From positions 1 to 64,000 of IMG/VR virus record IMGVR_UViG_3300028393_000035: a stretch of DNA of 64,000 bases, one strand, 5' to 3'. Position numbers and translations under genes: made by a program. The stretch comes from a virus. Every line of letters starts with the position of its first letter. Within the stretch, counting starts at the first letter, position 1. Below are positions 46,298-56,038 of the stretch, in pieces. A model generated the notes under the pieces. That model did not search any database and had not been told where the DNA came from. It was given only the letters and a program-made list of their open reading frames with translations.

Positions 46298-48172
46298 TCA
46301 CGTATTATTTTTTCCGCCGCCGTCTTTTCCTTGAGCGTCCTTAAGTCCCCTAGCAGCTTGCGCAGCAGTGTCTAATGAATTAACCAATTTATCAAAATTG
46401 TCTCTAGATATGTCTTGTTTATTATCTGGTCCGCGAGCTTTGTCTAAATCTCTTAATAATTTCTTTTCCCAATCAGCATTTAATATCCAATCGTGTCCTC
46501 CGCGTCTGCGATCTTTAGCAACTCCGGAGGTTACCAAATCCCTTTTAATTTCCTCCATTTGCTTAGGATCTTTGATTCCTGCACTCTTAAGAATTTTATT
46601 AATTTCGCTCTCGTTGGCCTGCTTTCCAGACACTGCGGGTAAATCATACCAACTTCCAGAATGAGTTTTAATACCTTTAACATTTGCAATTATTTCGCCG
46701 TTTTTATTTTTATTAAAATATTTTGATTCTGCTTTATCAATTGCAGATCTTTGCGGCGCATAATCAATAACATTTTTTATTTCTTCGGGCGAATAACCTT
46801 GAAAACCATAAAGATTAATCATATCACTAATTGCTAATTCTCCGGGTTTAGAATTTAAAAATTTGGAATTAACCTGTCCAATGGATTTACCAGTTAAATT
46901 TTGAAAAACAGATCCCATGGCGGATGTTAAAGCCCGTTGTTGTTCCGAAGGGGACATAGCGCCAGCTTGATAAGGCATGTAACCCATTTTCATAACTTGC
47001 TGTTGCGCCATGGGGTTATTCATTAGCGTTTGCAAATTTTTTGTAGGATCTATTCCCGGCATTGTGCGAGCCAATTCCGCTCCTTGAGGAATTGAATAAG
47101 CGGACGATACGCCTGATTGCCCTGCAAGTTGAGCATATGCTCCAAGTTGCTGTGTTAATTGTTCAGTCGAAACATTTGCACCTGCTGCTACTGCGTTAAG
47201 ATTATTAATAGTGCGAGTCAAATGAGCCACTTCATTTACGTTTCCAAATCGCAAAGTTTGATCTAATAGCGCACCCGCCTGCTGAGGTCTAATTGAAGGA
47301 TTAAAACGAGTAATGTTTTCTAATGCCATTTCACCTGTTTTAAATTGATTATTATTAAAATTAAATCCCATTCCCATTAAAGTGTTATCTATTTCTGCCA
47401 TTTGCTGCATATTAACGCCAGATCGAACAGCCTGACCCATTTGATGAAACTTCATATCCAACCCTTTTTCAAAAGCGCTATTAAAAGGATTTCTAAAACC
47501 AAACCCTCCAATTTCAATATTGCCGCCTACTTCACCACCAATTTGAGTTGCCCCATAATTTGATAAACCCTGCATGGCGCGATAAGTAGGTTGAACGTAT
47601 TGCTGAAACATCTTTTTGCCAGCTTCGTAATTAGGAATGACCTCATTGGCAAAAAAGTTTGCTCTGCGGCCAGATCGTATATATGCTTTTTGCTCATCAC
47701 TATCTGGCTCAGCCCTAGCCGCCTTTTCTAAATTTCTAAGCATTGCTGCTTTAGCTAAGTTTTGAGCAGTAATTCCGCCTTTTAATGGACCAAAGCTAGG
47801 AGGAATAGTATAATATTGTTGACCAAAAACGTCTTCAAAGGGTTTATCGCCGCGCAAACCGGCTCCAACTCTACCCAAAAGGCTTTTAGCATCTGAAGCA
47901 TGCTTGGATGGTCCATCACCAGCGCTTACCGGAGCATCTGGTGCTGTTGCCTCTTCCCACCTTTTCCAACTAATATCTTCTGCTTGCTTAGCTCTTTTTT
48001 CATATCCAAAGGTACTGGCACGACTACTAGTTAAATCATCAAACCTTTTTCTTTCACTGCTCTCAGTAAACCGTGCAATTAGGTTATCTAACTCAGGGCC
48101 GCCCAAAGCCTGTTTAAGTCCCCTTTCAACGGCGGCTGCAATTTCATCAATATTTGGATTATCTTCGGGCAT
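46298..48172 (-). CDS. Tape measure protein (short)
   Basis: Ala/Gln/Met-rich helical; follows tail chaperones. Confidence 0.75.
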   Translation of the reverse strand: MPEDNPNIDEIAAAVERGLKQALGGPELDNLIARFTESSERKRFDDLTSSRASTFGYEKRAKQAEDISWKRWEEATAPDAPVSAGDGPSKHASDAKSLLGRVGAGLRGDKPFEDVFGQQYYTIPPSFGPLKGGITAQNLAKAAMLRNLEKAARAEPDSDEQKAYIRSGRRANFFANEVIPNYEAGKKMFQQYVQPTYRAMQGLSNYGATQIGGEVGGNIEIGGFGFRNPFNSAFEKGLDMKFHQMGQAVRSGVNMQQMAEIDNTLMGMGFNFNNNQFKTGEMALENITRFNPSIRPQQAGALLDQTLRFGNVNEVAHLTRTINNLNAVAAGANVSTEQLTQQLGAYAQLAGQSGVSSAYSIPQGAELARTMPGIDPTKNLQTLMNNPMAQQQVMKMGYMPYQAGAMSPSEQQRALTSAMGSVFQNLTGKSIGQVNSKFLNSKPGELAISDMINLYGFQGYSPEEIKNVIDYAPQRSAIDKAESKYFNKNKNGEIIANVKGIKTHSGSWYDLPAVSGKQANESEINKILKSAGIKDPKQMEEIKRDLVTSGVAKDRRRGGHDWILNADWEKKLLRDLDKARGPDNKQDISRDNFDKLVNSLDTAAQAARGLKDAQGKDGGGKNNT

Positions 48173-48220
48173 ATAAATCTTCTTGATTATTAAGGGGTCG
48201 TATGTTACTATCTAACTACT

Positions 48221-48538
48221 ATGAACACATTTGAACATCAAGCTATTAAAACAGCGAAAGCATTTAGCATTGAAGGAGAGATAAGTTGGAGTCAACTTAT
48301 TATTCTTTCACCTATTATTATACCTACCGCAATTGTTTGGGGAATCCTTGATTTTGTATTTGGCACTTTGCCAGATATGCTATTAGGTTTTGAACCACCA
48401 TCTTCTCAACCAAAACGAACTCCAGAAGAAATGCAATTACTTCATCAGAAGTATCTTCAAAAGCAAGAAGCACTTAAGCAAAAGAGAATTGATGAAATTA
48501 AAGCAGATCTTTGGCCTGAAAAATACTCTAATCGATAA
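48221..48538 (+). CDS. Small membrane protein, antisense within tail operon
   Basis: LIILSPIIIPTAIVWGILDFVF hydrophobic segment; only sizeable ORF in the gap. Confidence 0.65.
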   Translation: MNTFEHQAIKTAKAFSIEGEISWSQLIILSPIIIPTAIVWGILDFVFGTLPDMLLGFEPPSSQPKRTPEEMQLLHQKYLQKQEALKQKRIDEIKADLWPEKYSNR

Positions 48539-49291
48539 CCCCAACTTGTTTAAGTTCACGCATTAATTTATTAAAATCAGACGTACTATCTGGAACAACA
48601 TGCTCTAATTCCTCTTCAGGGGCGTATTGAGCCTCTTCTCCAAATAGTTTACTATACAGTTGAGGGTTATTAGCAAATACGTTATTTTTTAATTCATCTT
48701 CTCTTAATTCATGTTGCATTTGCTCATCGCGCTGCATCATATACATCATGAGTCTGCGTTGAACGGAATTAAGTCCTCCGGACCTTCCTCCAGATAATCC
48801 ATTATCTCCGCTTCCGATGTTGAATCGGCCCTCTTTATCGAGGAGTCGGGCGAGGCCATAAAGGAAATCCGACCCTCTTTCGATAAATTTTCCATTTCTC
48901 TTAAAATGGATTCTTGTCTTTCTATTAATTCTACATATTTCATATAAATGTAATTAATGGTAGGTTCATACCAATTCTTGCTTACATACTGAAATCTTGC
49001 TCTAGCAAAATCCTTCTTATTAGGACCAGCTTGAGGACAAAAGTCTTCATTTCCGTCAACAGAAATTAATGCCATACCAACTTGAGCAGCGACCCAAGCC
49101 TTGGCCTGAGAGATAGAATCTTTGTAGTCCTTAGCTGCATAACCTGCAACCATTTCATCTTCAAGTTTTAATGTGCGAATCACAAATTCGTGACCGCAAA
49201 ACTCAAAAGAATCTTCTAAAAACCCTAGCCATAAAAGACCATCAACGTCATCAGCGACTTCATCAGGGAAGCCGTCATTACTTTCCATCAT
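48528..49291 (-). CDS. Tail assembly chaperone GT (-1 frameshift fusion)
   Basis: Slippery A AAT TTA at 48884-48890; -1 frame is open into the 48528-48749 ORF. Confidence 0.8.
48746..49291 (-). CDS. Tail assembly chaperone G
   Basis: GHEFVIRTL; between tube and tape measure. Confidence 0.8.
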   Translation of the reverse strand: MMESNDGFPDEVADDVDGLLWLGFLEDSFEFCGHEFVIRTLKLEDEMVAGYAAKDYKDSISQAKAWVAAQVGMALISVDGNEDFCPQAGPNKKDFARARFQYVSKNWYEPTINYIYMKYVELIERQESILREMENLSKEGRISFMASPDSSIKRADSTSEAEIMDYLEEGPEDLIPFNADS

Positions 49292-49351
49292 AAAACACTC
49301 CTTTAACTTTCCGCCTAAACGGAATCTTACTTATAAATTAAAGGACGGATC

Positions 49352-49969
49352 TTAAGTAAATGACGTAGTTGTTGAGTTACTGACTCCACCAAGATTGGCA
49401 GATCTAGTACCATCAACAACAGGGTTAACTCCACCGCGAGTCATGTAAGTGTAATTAACAGAAATTTGCTTAATGATTTCCATTGTACCGACAGAGATAC
49501 GCTCACCATCAATAACATTAGAAATAACGCAGTTGTGATATTCTTCTGTATAAGGAGCCATTTTCTTGCCGCGAATTGCAGGTGGGCGAACATACTTAAC
49601 GATACGGATAGGATTAGGAGTATTAGCTACTGCACGGAAGATTCCAACAATATCAACTGGACCCTTGCCAGTACCAGTAATTTTAGAATCGCCACCAAGA
49701 TAAGATGCAAGGCGTTCCCAAACCTGCGCTCCATAAAGTTCATAAAGCTCAAGAGTAATCTGACCCATATTAGCAGCCTGAGGAGTAATAAGCTCAACAG
49801 GATAAGGCTCATCCATTGGGTGAATTGGCACGGTAGGAGCGACTGGAGTAGGAGAGGTATGCTCAATCTGCTGAGCAAAAAGAATTGGCTTGTTTTCCCA
49901 TGTGAAAACGGTAAAACCTGAGCCTGCTACTCTTGCGCGATTTTGTGCTCCATTAAGTGGTCCAGCCAT
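49352..49969 (-). CDS. Tail tube protein
   Basis: Follows sheath; GQITLELYE, EEYHNCVIS. Confidence 0.85.
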   Translation of the reverse strand: MAGPLNGAQNRARVAGSGFTVFTWENKPILFAQQIEHTSPTPVAPTVPIHPMDEPYPVELITPQAANMGQITLELYELYGAQVWERLASYLGGDSKITGTGKGPVDIVGIFRAVANTPNPIRIVKYVRPPAIRGKKMAPYTEEYHNCVISNVIDGERISVGTMEIIKQISVNYTYMTRGGVNPVVDGTRSANLGGVSNSTTTSFT

Positions 49970-49972
49970 TTA

Positions 49973-51823
49973 TTATGCTCCTATATTTGTTTGGTTAGTC
50001 GTGGTAACCGAAGTAATTCCACTAGTTAAGTCAACGGCAAACTTGATATTTACATAATTAACTGCAAACGCTGGACGATAATTAAATCTAATGCCGATTT
50101 GTGTAGGATCAATAGAATCAAACTGACCCTGAACCGAATCAAATTGAACAATAACGCCGTCATCTTGAAGAGTTCTAAGTGTTGATGCAATAGTGGTAGC
50201 AATTGTAAGAGGTGCAGAATCGTCAGCAATAGTGCTACCAATAACTTGAGTATCAATTGTTTGACGAAGAGACCTGATCATGTAATGCTTTGCACGAATT
50301 GCATTAAGCTCTGCCTTGGCAACTGAAGTTTTATCAGTTGTTAGAGCGTGACGAACAAAGATTGAATTGTCATTTTTATTTTGTTCAATAACAAAGAGTC
50401 CTACGCCTGAATCTTGAGTCTTCTGTGGCTTTGTGCTAGTGTCAACTATCTTCTTAAATCCAGCCAAAGTTTTTCTTGTCAAAGAAATTTGAGGTTCATA
50501 AGAAACAACCTTGCCTGCAACTGCTGCGGCTGCATACTGACCACCAAGAATTACTGAGGTGGTTGCGCTAGCTGTTGATGGGCGCTCAAATTTAGTTTGA
50601 GCAATAAATACCATGCGCTCATTGAAACTTGTATTATTAGAAGTATATGCTTGAAGGCTTATTAGATGACTTCTAACAGTGTCTCTGCTTGCATAAGTGC
50701 TGCCCGATGGAGGATTGGTTGAATCTTCACCAATCACACCAATGATGAGTTGATCATAGTTTGAATCCATAAAGGCGATGTGACCTTGCAAGGACTGAAA
50801 AATATTTAATTGCGCCGTATCATTTAAAACTGAAGAGCTTCCAGTTCCATAATTGTAAGTTGCATTTTGTCCAATAACTGGAACAATGATTCCAATGTTT
50901 TCTTCATTTTGAAGCGCTCTAAACGTCTTGTTCCATGTGTTTGATGTATTTATACTGTCACTATTAGCTGGCTGAGTACGAGTAGGCATTGGACCAGTAA
51001 TATCCTCAGTGTTATAAAAAAGTGGCTGAAGTACAAGGTCTTGAGCGCCATTTTCAATAGCAATCTTTGCAGCTAAAGTCAGTGGAGAGTTGACGGTCAC
51101 TCCATCATCTGCAATTGCCTTACCAAAACGAGTTTCAATGTTTGAAAAATCGTTTCCAGATACATAATAAGGTGTAAAATAATCTGATGGTGTGTATGTA
51201 TATGTTACATATACTTGACGATTATCAGGAATGACAAAACCGTATTTAACTTGAGAGCTAGCCGCTGTATGAACAGCCGCCGTAGTATTATTTGCTCCGC
51301 GAGTTAAACCAGTAAATGTAATTGTACCGGCATTTAAAGTTGCAGAAGTGTACTGAATTTGTTCGTTATCTACGATAACCGCTCCGCCCGTGCTGGGGAA
51401 AGGACTTAACACAGAGGCGGTAGCCGTCATTGTAGTTGCGGTTGCGCTTAGTGTTGTGTCTGCAAGGGGAATGGAAGTAACCGATGCAACGCGAGCAATG
51501 GTGTGATCTGTAGCATTAAAAGTATAAGAACCCGGAATGTATCCACCGTTTGAAGTATAAGCCGCATTTGAACTTTGGGCGCTACTTGAATCATAATCAG
51601 CTACAAATGTAATGCTTGTTGGGGTCATTAAATCTGTCGCTTTGACTCCTTTAAGCGAAGACGCTGTAGTACCGCTTAAAGTTACGGCTTCAGTGACTGT
51701 TACGCTACCACTAGCGGGTCCAACAAGGCAAAGTAAGTCGGGCGTAGCAATAATTGGGTTGATACCAGCCTGAGTAGTCTCAGTGATGGTTACGCCGGGT
51801 GGTCTAATGTAAGCTCTGGCCAT
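49973..51823 (-). CDS. Tail sheath protein
   Basis: YIRPPGVTITE, AAAVAG, VRHALTT, FNYRPAFAVNYV. Confidence 0.92.
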   Translation of the reverse strand: MARAYIRPPGVTITETTQAGINPIIATPDLLCLVGPASGSVTVTEAVTLSGTTASSLKGVKATDLMTPTSITFVADYDSSSAQSSNAAYTSNGGYIPGSYTFNATDHTIARVASVTSIPLADTTLSATATTMTATASVLSPFPSTGGAVIVDNEQIQYTSATLNAGTITFTGLTRGANNTTAAVHTAASSQVKYGFVIPDNRQVYVTYTYTPSDYFTPYYVSGNDFSNIETRFGKAIADDGVTVNSPLTLAAKIAIENGAQDLVLQPLFYNTEDITGPMPTRTQPANSDSINTSNTWNKTFRALQNEENIGIIVPVIGQNATYNYGTGSSSVLNDTAQLNIFQSLQGHIAFMDSNYDQLIIGVIGEDSTNPPSGSTYASRDTVRSHLISLQAYTSNNTSFNERMVFIAQTKFERPSTASATTSVILGGQYAAAAVAGKVVSYEPQISLTRKTLAGFKKIVDTSTKPQKTQDSGVGLFVIEQNKNDNSIFVRHALTTDKTSVAKAELNAIRAKHYMIRSLRQTIDTQVIGSTIADDSAPLTIATTIASTLRTLQDDGVIVQFDSVQGQFDSIDPTQIGIRFNYRPAFAVNYVNIKFAVDLTSGITSVTTTNQTNIGA

Positions 51824-51881
51824 AAGTAAATACTCTTTCAGAAATTATGAGTTAGTGAATTGAAGAAAGAAAGGTCTGGAC

Positions 51882-52559
51882 CTAAGTCCATTCCGATCCA
51901 TGCGGTAATCCGGTTGGTATTTTGTCTATACCCTTGATATATGGATATAGAAAAACTTTAGAAACATATTCGTATGAAGCATCTTGTGGAAGACTGTAAA
52001 ACTCTCCCCAAATATCAACACGATAAGACGTTGAATAACTAAGATCGTTTTCTGCTCCCCAAGGAACAGGTGTTGAAGTTTCATTAAACCCTTGTATTCT
52101 ATCAGCATTGATATTAATAAAATGACCAATTGAATCAGGAAATGCATCAGAGTCAGCAGGGTAAATTCGTTCAAAAAAGTTATTTGTATAATCTGCAAGG
52201 TCGCCCATTGCAATAGTCTGAACAATGGTGTCAGCAATTAAATCCCGATCTAACGATGATAATGCATAAATCATGAATTCAATATTACCTTTATAAAAGT
52301 AATGTTTAAATTTCCAAACTTTATTATCGGCATCAGCAATTGCTTCTTCATGACCTACGCCAGCATTAAAAATTTCGCTTTCGTATAATCTAATTACGAT
52401 TGCTGGAAAAGATTGCCTTTCTTTAGGCATATCAATAACAACTTTAGTTTCTTGTAATTTAGGATCTACATGTTCATGAAAAACAGGTTTTAATGATTCA
52501 ACCAAAGCTGTTTTAATATAAGTCTTGTACTTAATTGTTTTTTCGGGTAAATAAGTCAT
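51882..52559 (-). CDS. Tail terminator/neck protein
   Basis: FPAIVIR, YALSSLDRD; position before sheath. Confidence 0.7.
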   Translation of the reverse strand: MTYLPEKTIKYKTYIKTALVESLKPVFHEHVDPKLQETKVVIDMPKERQSFPAIVIRLYESEIFNAGVGHEEAIADADNKVWKFKHYFYKGNIEFMIYALSSLDRDLIADTIVQTIAMGDLADYTNNFFERIYPADSDAFPDSIGHFININADRIQGFNETSTPVPWGAENDLSYSTSYRVDIWGEFYSLPQDASYEYVSKVFLYPYIKGIDKIPTGLPHGSEWT

Positions 52560-53347
52560 CGATCAATCTCAACATTCATTAAAATATGATTGGTTGGTAA
52601 AAGTGTAATTGGGTACTGTTGATTAACCGTGTGACGATTGCCAAAATCGGCACCCTTTTCCTTTTTACCCCTACGATCAAGCCCACGAATAGTTACTGGG
52701 TTAGTCATTTTTGCTTGATATCTACGATCCGAATCTACAACGTGGCCATAATCATCTAATTCAACATTAATAATTAAATCACCATCGTTTACAGCAGGAA
52801 ACCAACCCATCGTAACATCGGCTGTTTGAACCTGCATCATTGCGCCTTGAGGTGTCAATGTAAAAAAGTCCTGCGGAGCATCTGGCTCAATTAAATAAGT
52901 CACAATGCTGGGACCAAATCCACGATATTTTGGAGCCTTAGGCCAACTGGCATCAGGGGTATAATCCGATCTTACAATTTCGCCAGTTGAAAGGTTAATC
53001 CACTCATCATCTGATTTTTCTCTTGAAACAAAACCGTTACCCCAAGAAAGGTCATCATTGTTGCGAGTTTGACCATAAATAGAATCGTAATTTGGAGAGC
53101 GCTCTGCATATCCGCTTTCAACATCTTTAATAGTTAACATTTTTTTAATAATTACAGGTTGACCCATACGGCGCATCATGTCATGAACTTGACGACGAAG
53201 ACGTTTAATGTCTTGAGGGCAATTTTCTTCGCCAACATATTTGGTGGCATATAAAAGGTTGTTATAAACTTTGGTATAAAAACCTAATGACACTGCAAGA
53301 TTTGCAGTTGCATTTAATAAGGAAGTTTTAGTATAATTAGTTGGCAT
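52556..53347 (-). CDS. Head closure/neck protein
   Basis: SWGNGFV, WFPAVNDGDLII; position. Confidence 0.65.
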   Translation of the reverse strand: MPTNYTKTSLLNATANLAVSLGFYTKVYNNLLYATKYVGEENCPQDIKRLRRQVHDMMRRMGQPVIIKKMLTIKDVESGYAERSPNYDSIYGQTRNNDDLSWGNGFVSREKSDDEWINLSTGEIVRSDYTPDASWPKAPKYRGFGPSIVTYLIEPDAPQDFFTLTPQGAMMQVQTADVTMGWFPAVNDGDLIINVELDDYGHVVDSDRRYQAKMTNPVTIRGLDRRGKKEKGADFGNRHTVNQQYPITLLPTNHILMNVEIDR

Positions 53348-53356
53348 GTCAACCCC

Positions 53357-53818
53357 TTATCCAAGGGTTAACGTTAAACTATTCGCTAGAATTGTAAATG
53401 TGTCGCCGGTAGTTAAAGTAATTGATGTGGACAAAGGTCCAAACCAAAGAAGATTGCCTGATCCAACTGTTAAATTATCAAAAATGCATATAGTAGTAAT
53501 ATTACTGCTTAAACCACCCGTCCAATTAGATCCAATGACTGGGCTGACTCCCCATTTAATTTCTGCGCTATTTTTAATTGAAGATGAATTAGTTAAATCA
53601 GTGCTTGCAGTTGAATCGCCCCAAGTAATTGATTTGCGCGTATAACCAGTGCCAGATACTTCTACTCCATCTTCTGCTGTAGTATCAAGGTAGTTTACTG
53701 ATGGCGGCGTTATAAAAAGAGCGGCATAAGTGCTACCGGGCGGAGTAAAACCAGTTACAGACTTGCCTACACTGTAACCAAGTAAACCTTTTTCTAAATA
53801 TTTTGTAATGTTTGCCAT
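53357..53818 (-). CDS. Small structural protein of a widespread phage fibre/neck-associated family
   Basis: MANITKYLE...YAALF...EVSGTGYTR...GNLLWFG...GDTF. Confidence 0.75.
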   Translation of the reverse strand: MANITKYLEKGLLGYSVGKSVTGFTPPGSTYAALFITPPSVNYLDTTAEDGVEVSGTGYTRKSITWGDSTASTDLTNSSSIKNSAEIKWGVSPVIGSNWTGGLSSNITTICIFDNLTVGSGNLLWFGPLSTSITLTTGDTFTILANSLTLTLG

Positions 53819-53841
53819 TGTATATATTAAGTGTCGTAATA

Positions 53842-54738
53842 CTACCAATAACCGCGTCCAACCGACCTTGCTCGCATAGGAGCAGGAATAAGACGACCGG
53901 CTTTGGCGGAAACAAGAAGTTTGCTATGACCAAGCTGAAGAAAGCCACGCTTGTAAAGAGCAACCCAACGATCATACTGAGCCTTTTCAAGAGTATGCAT
54001 TGTTTCCCAGCGCTGAAGATAATCGCGACGATCTTGATAGGCAACTTGCGCACCAGTCGGCATAGGTTGTTCAACATAAGAGCGCATGATGTGACGAAGA
54101 ACTTGAATAAAGATGCCCTGAACAAGAAGTGGATAAGTATCAGTAACGGTATTATCCGCATTTACAAAAGTGCTAATACCTAAAGCGGTAGGGGGATTTT
54201 GATAATTAATGTCAAAAAGGGCATCTGCAATAAATTTTTCCATTTTTTCTTCACGAAAAAAGTGCAAAGTCATATCTTGAACCCAAGGACCTTCGTTTTC
54301 AGCATCAAAGCAATCTTCAAGTTTAGTCCAAACTCCATCTGCTACAACGCGAATTGGAGTATCAACAATTTCAAATGGATCAAAAACTTCAAAATCAACC
54401 CTTGTTGATTGAGTAGTGCCATCAACAAGTTCAAAGGTTGCAACTGCAATATAATGACCTAAACGAGTAGTGTCATCATAAATTAAAACTCCGGTGCCAT
54501 CTTCTAAAACTTCTCCATCCATAGTTACTTTTTCAGCAGGATTTGCATACTCTGAATTCTTTTTATTATCTGATGGATCATCATTTGCGCGACTAGCGGG
54601 CAGTTGAATAGTAAAGGTCACCGATCCAAGATCTTCATAAGAATATAATTGGTCTTTATCGTCATAAAGACGAGCAACAAGGCGGGCAGAATCGCCCAAT
54701 GCAACAATCTTAAGTTGTCTATCATAACCAAGGCTCAT
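53842..54738 (-). CDS. Head-to-tail adaptor with N-terminal Ig-like domain
   Basis: ALFDINYQNP, DRRDYLQRW; ATG 54738 follows late-type motif. Confidence 0.7.
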   Translation of the reverse strand: MSLGYDRQLKIVALGDSARLVARLYDDKDQLYSYEDLGSVTFTIQLPASRANDDPSDNKKNSEYANPAEKVTMDGEVLEDGTGVLIYDDTTRLGHYIAVATFELVDGTTQSTRVDFEVFDPFEIVDTPIRVVADGVWTKLEDCFDAENEGPWVQDMTLHFFREEKMEKFIADALFDINYQNPPTALGISTFVNADNTVTDTYPLLVQGIFIQVLRHIMRSYVEQPMPTGAQVAYQDRRDYLQRWETMHTLEKAQYDRWVALYKRGFLQLGHSKLLVSAKAGRLIPAPMRARSVGRGYW

Positions 54739-54775
54739 GCAACTATTAACTGTTGGCAATAAGGAATCTTAAAAT

Positions 54776-54802
54776 AAAAAGAGCCGCACAAGGCGGCTCT
54801 TT
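54776..54802 (-). terminator. Intrinsic terminator
   Basis: AAAGAGCCGC...GCGGCTCTTT + T tract. Confidence 0.8.
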
Positions 54803-54821
54803 CATTAAAACATTGATAAAT

Positions 54822-55163
54822 TTACTTATTTGACTCTTCAGTTGCAGGCGCAGTTTTCTTAGCGGCAGCCTTCTTAGGAGCGGCCTTCTTGACCTCTTCC
54901 TTAACTACTTCTACAGTTTCTTCAACTTTTGCTGCAACTTCTTCTACCTTTTCAACAACTGTTTCTGCAACAGCCTGTACTGCCTCTGTTGAATCAACAG
55001 CAAACTGCTTAAGCTTATTTGTAACTTCTTTCAATTGTTCATCATAAGAAGCTAAATCTGCCTTTGCCCAATCAATTAGTCGAACAAGACCATCTAAACG
55101 AGCTTTAAGCGCATCTTCAGTAATTAACTGATCAATTTCAATTTTTTTACTAAAAGTGTCCAT
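54822..55163 (-). CDS. Glu/Lys/Ala-rich coiled-coil protein
   Basis: KKAAPKKAAAKK tail. Confidence 0.7.
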   Translation of the reverse strand: MDTFSKKIEIDQLITEDALKARLDGLVRLIDWAKADLASYDEQLKEVTNKLKQFAVDSTEAVQAVAETVVEKVEEVAAKVEETVEVVKEEVKKAAPKKAAAKKTAPATEESNK

Positions 55164-55182
55164 ATTTTTCCTTGTTTATAAA

Positions 55183-55755
55183 TTAGTTACTATAATAATC
55201 AGTTCCATCACTACCGGGAACTGCAACAACGCGAGGGCCAACGCTACTGCGAGTAATCTCAGTCGCTCTTTCCTCATTTGGACGACCCTCTACTTCATTA
55301 AGATGACCGATTGTAATACTTTTTTCTGTATTTGACTTATCTAGACCTGTGAAATTACCAGCGTTACCAAGCTGATCGGTAAGAATGTCTTCTGGGCGAG
55401 GTTGTGATAAAGTGGATGCATTAGTCATCTGCTTTTCACGAATTTCCTGCGCATCAGCGGCAGAAATGACCTCGTAAAGACTACCAAGGTTATTAAGGAA
55501 GATAGGATCGTCTAGCTCATCCTTACTAATTGCGGTCATGTCATTGCGCTGACCTCTAGGAGCAAGTTCAATCTTGCGACCAGTATCAAATGTAACGCGA
55601 ACATTAACGCCGCGAACATTGCGAACATACTTGTTTGTTGACGTACTCCTCTTAGGAGCAGCCTTGGGTTTTGCGGCAGGCTTGCGAGTTGCAGCAATCT
55701 TTGCTCCAACGGGTTCAGCAGCCTGACCATTTGGGGTTAGCTTCTTAGGTGGCAT
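55183..55755 (-). CDS. Hypothetical protein, head region
   Basis: 190 aa; YVRN...LAPRGQRND. Confidence 0.75.
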   Translation of the reverse strand: MPPKKLTPNGQAAEPVGAKIAATRKPAAKPKAAPKRSTSTNKYVRNVRGVNVRVTFDTGRKIELAPRGQRNDMTAISKDELDDPIFLNNLGSLYEVISAADAQEIREKQMTNASTLSQPRPEDILTDQLGNAGNFTGLDKSNTEKSITIGHLNEVEGRPNEERATEITRSSVGPRVVAVPGSDGTDYYSN

Positions 55756-56038
55756 AATTTATTCTCTCTTTCTATAACAATATAAGACTTGACTTAAAAC
55801 TACAACGAGACTTGCCACTGATTAAGACAGGGATTCGATATAGTAATTAGGGAAGCCAAACCAAAGCTTGCTCGTTTTGACTATCTGATATAGTCTACGT
55901 ATAAGCTACAGTTTGGCTTTTTATATAATCCAACGAAAGGAGTTGTTTCCACTGGTCTCACTCAGCCCGTTAAGTTGTTAAGTAAGAGGGCTTGCGAAGT
56001 CAATGTAGGACAAATGAGTGTGTTCCAAGGATGTATTT

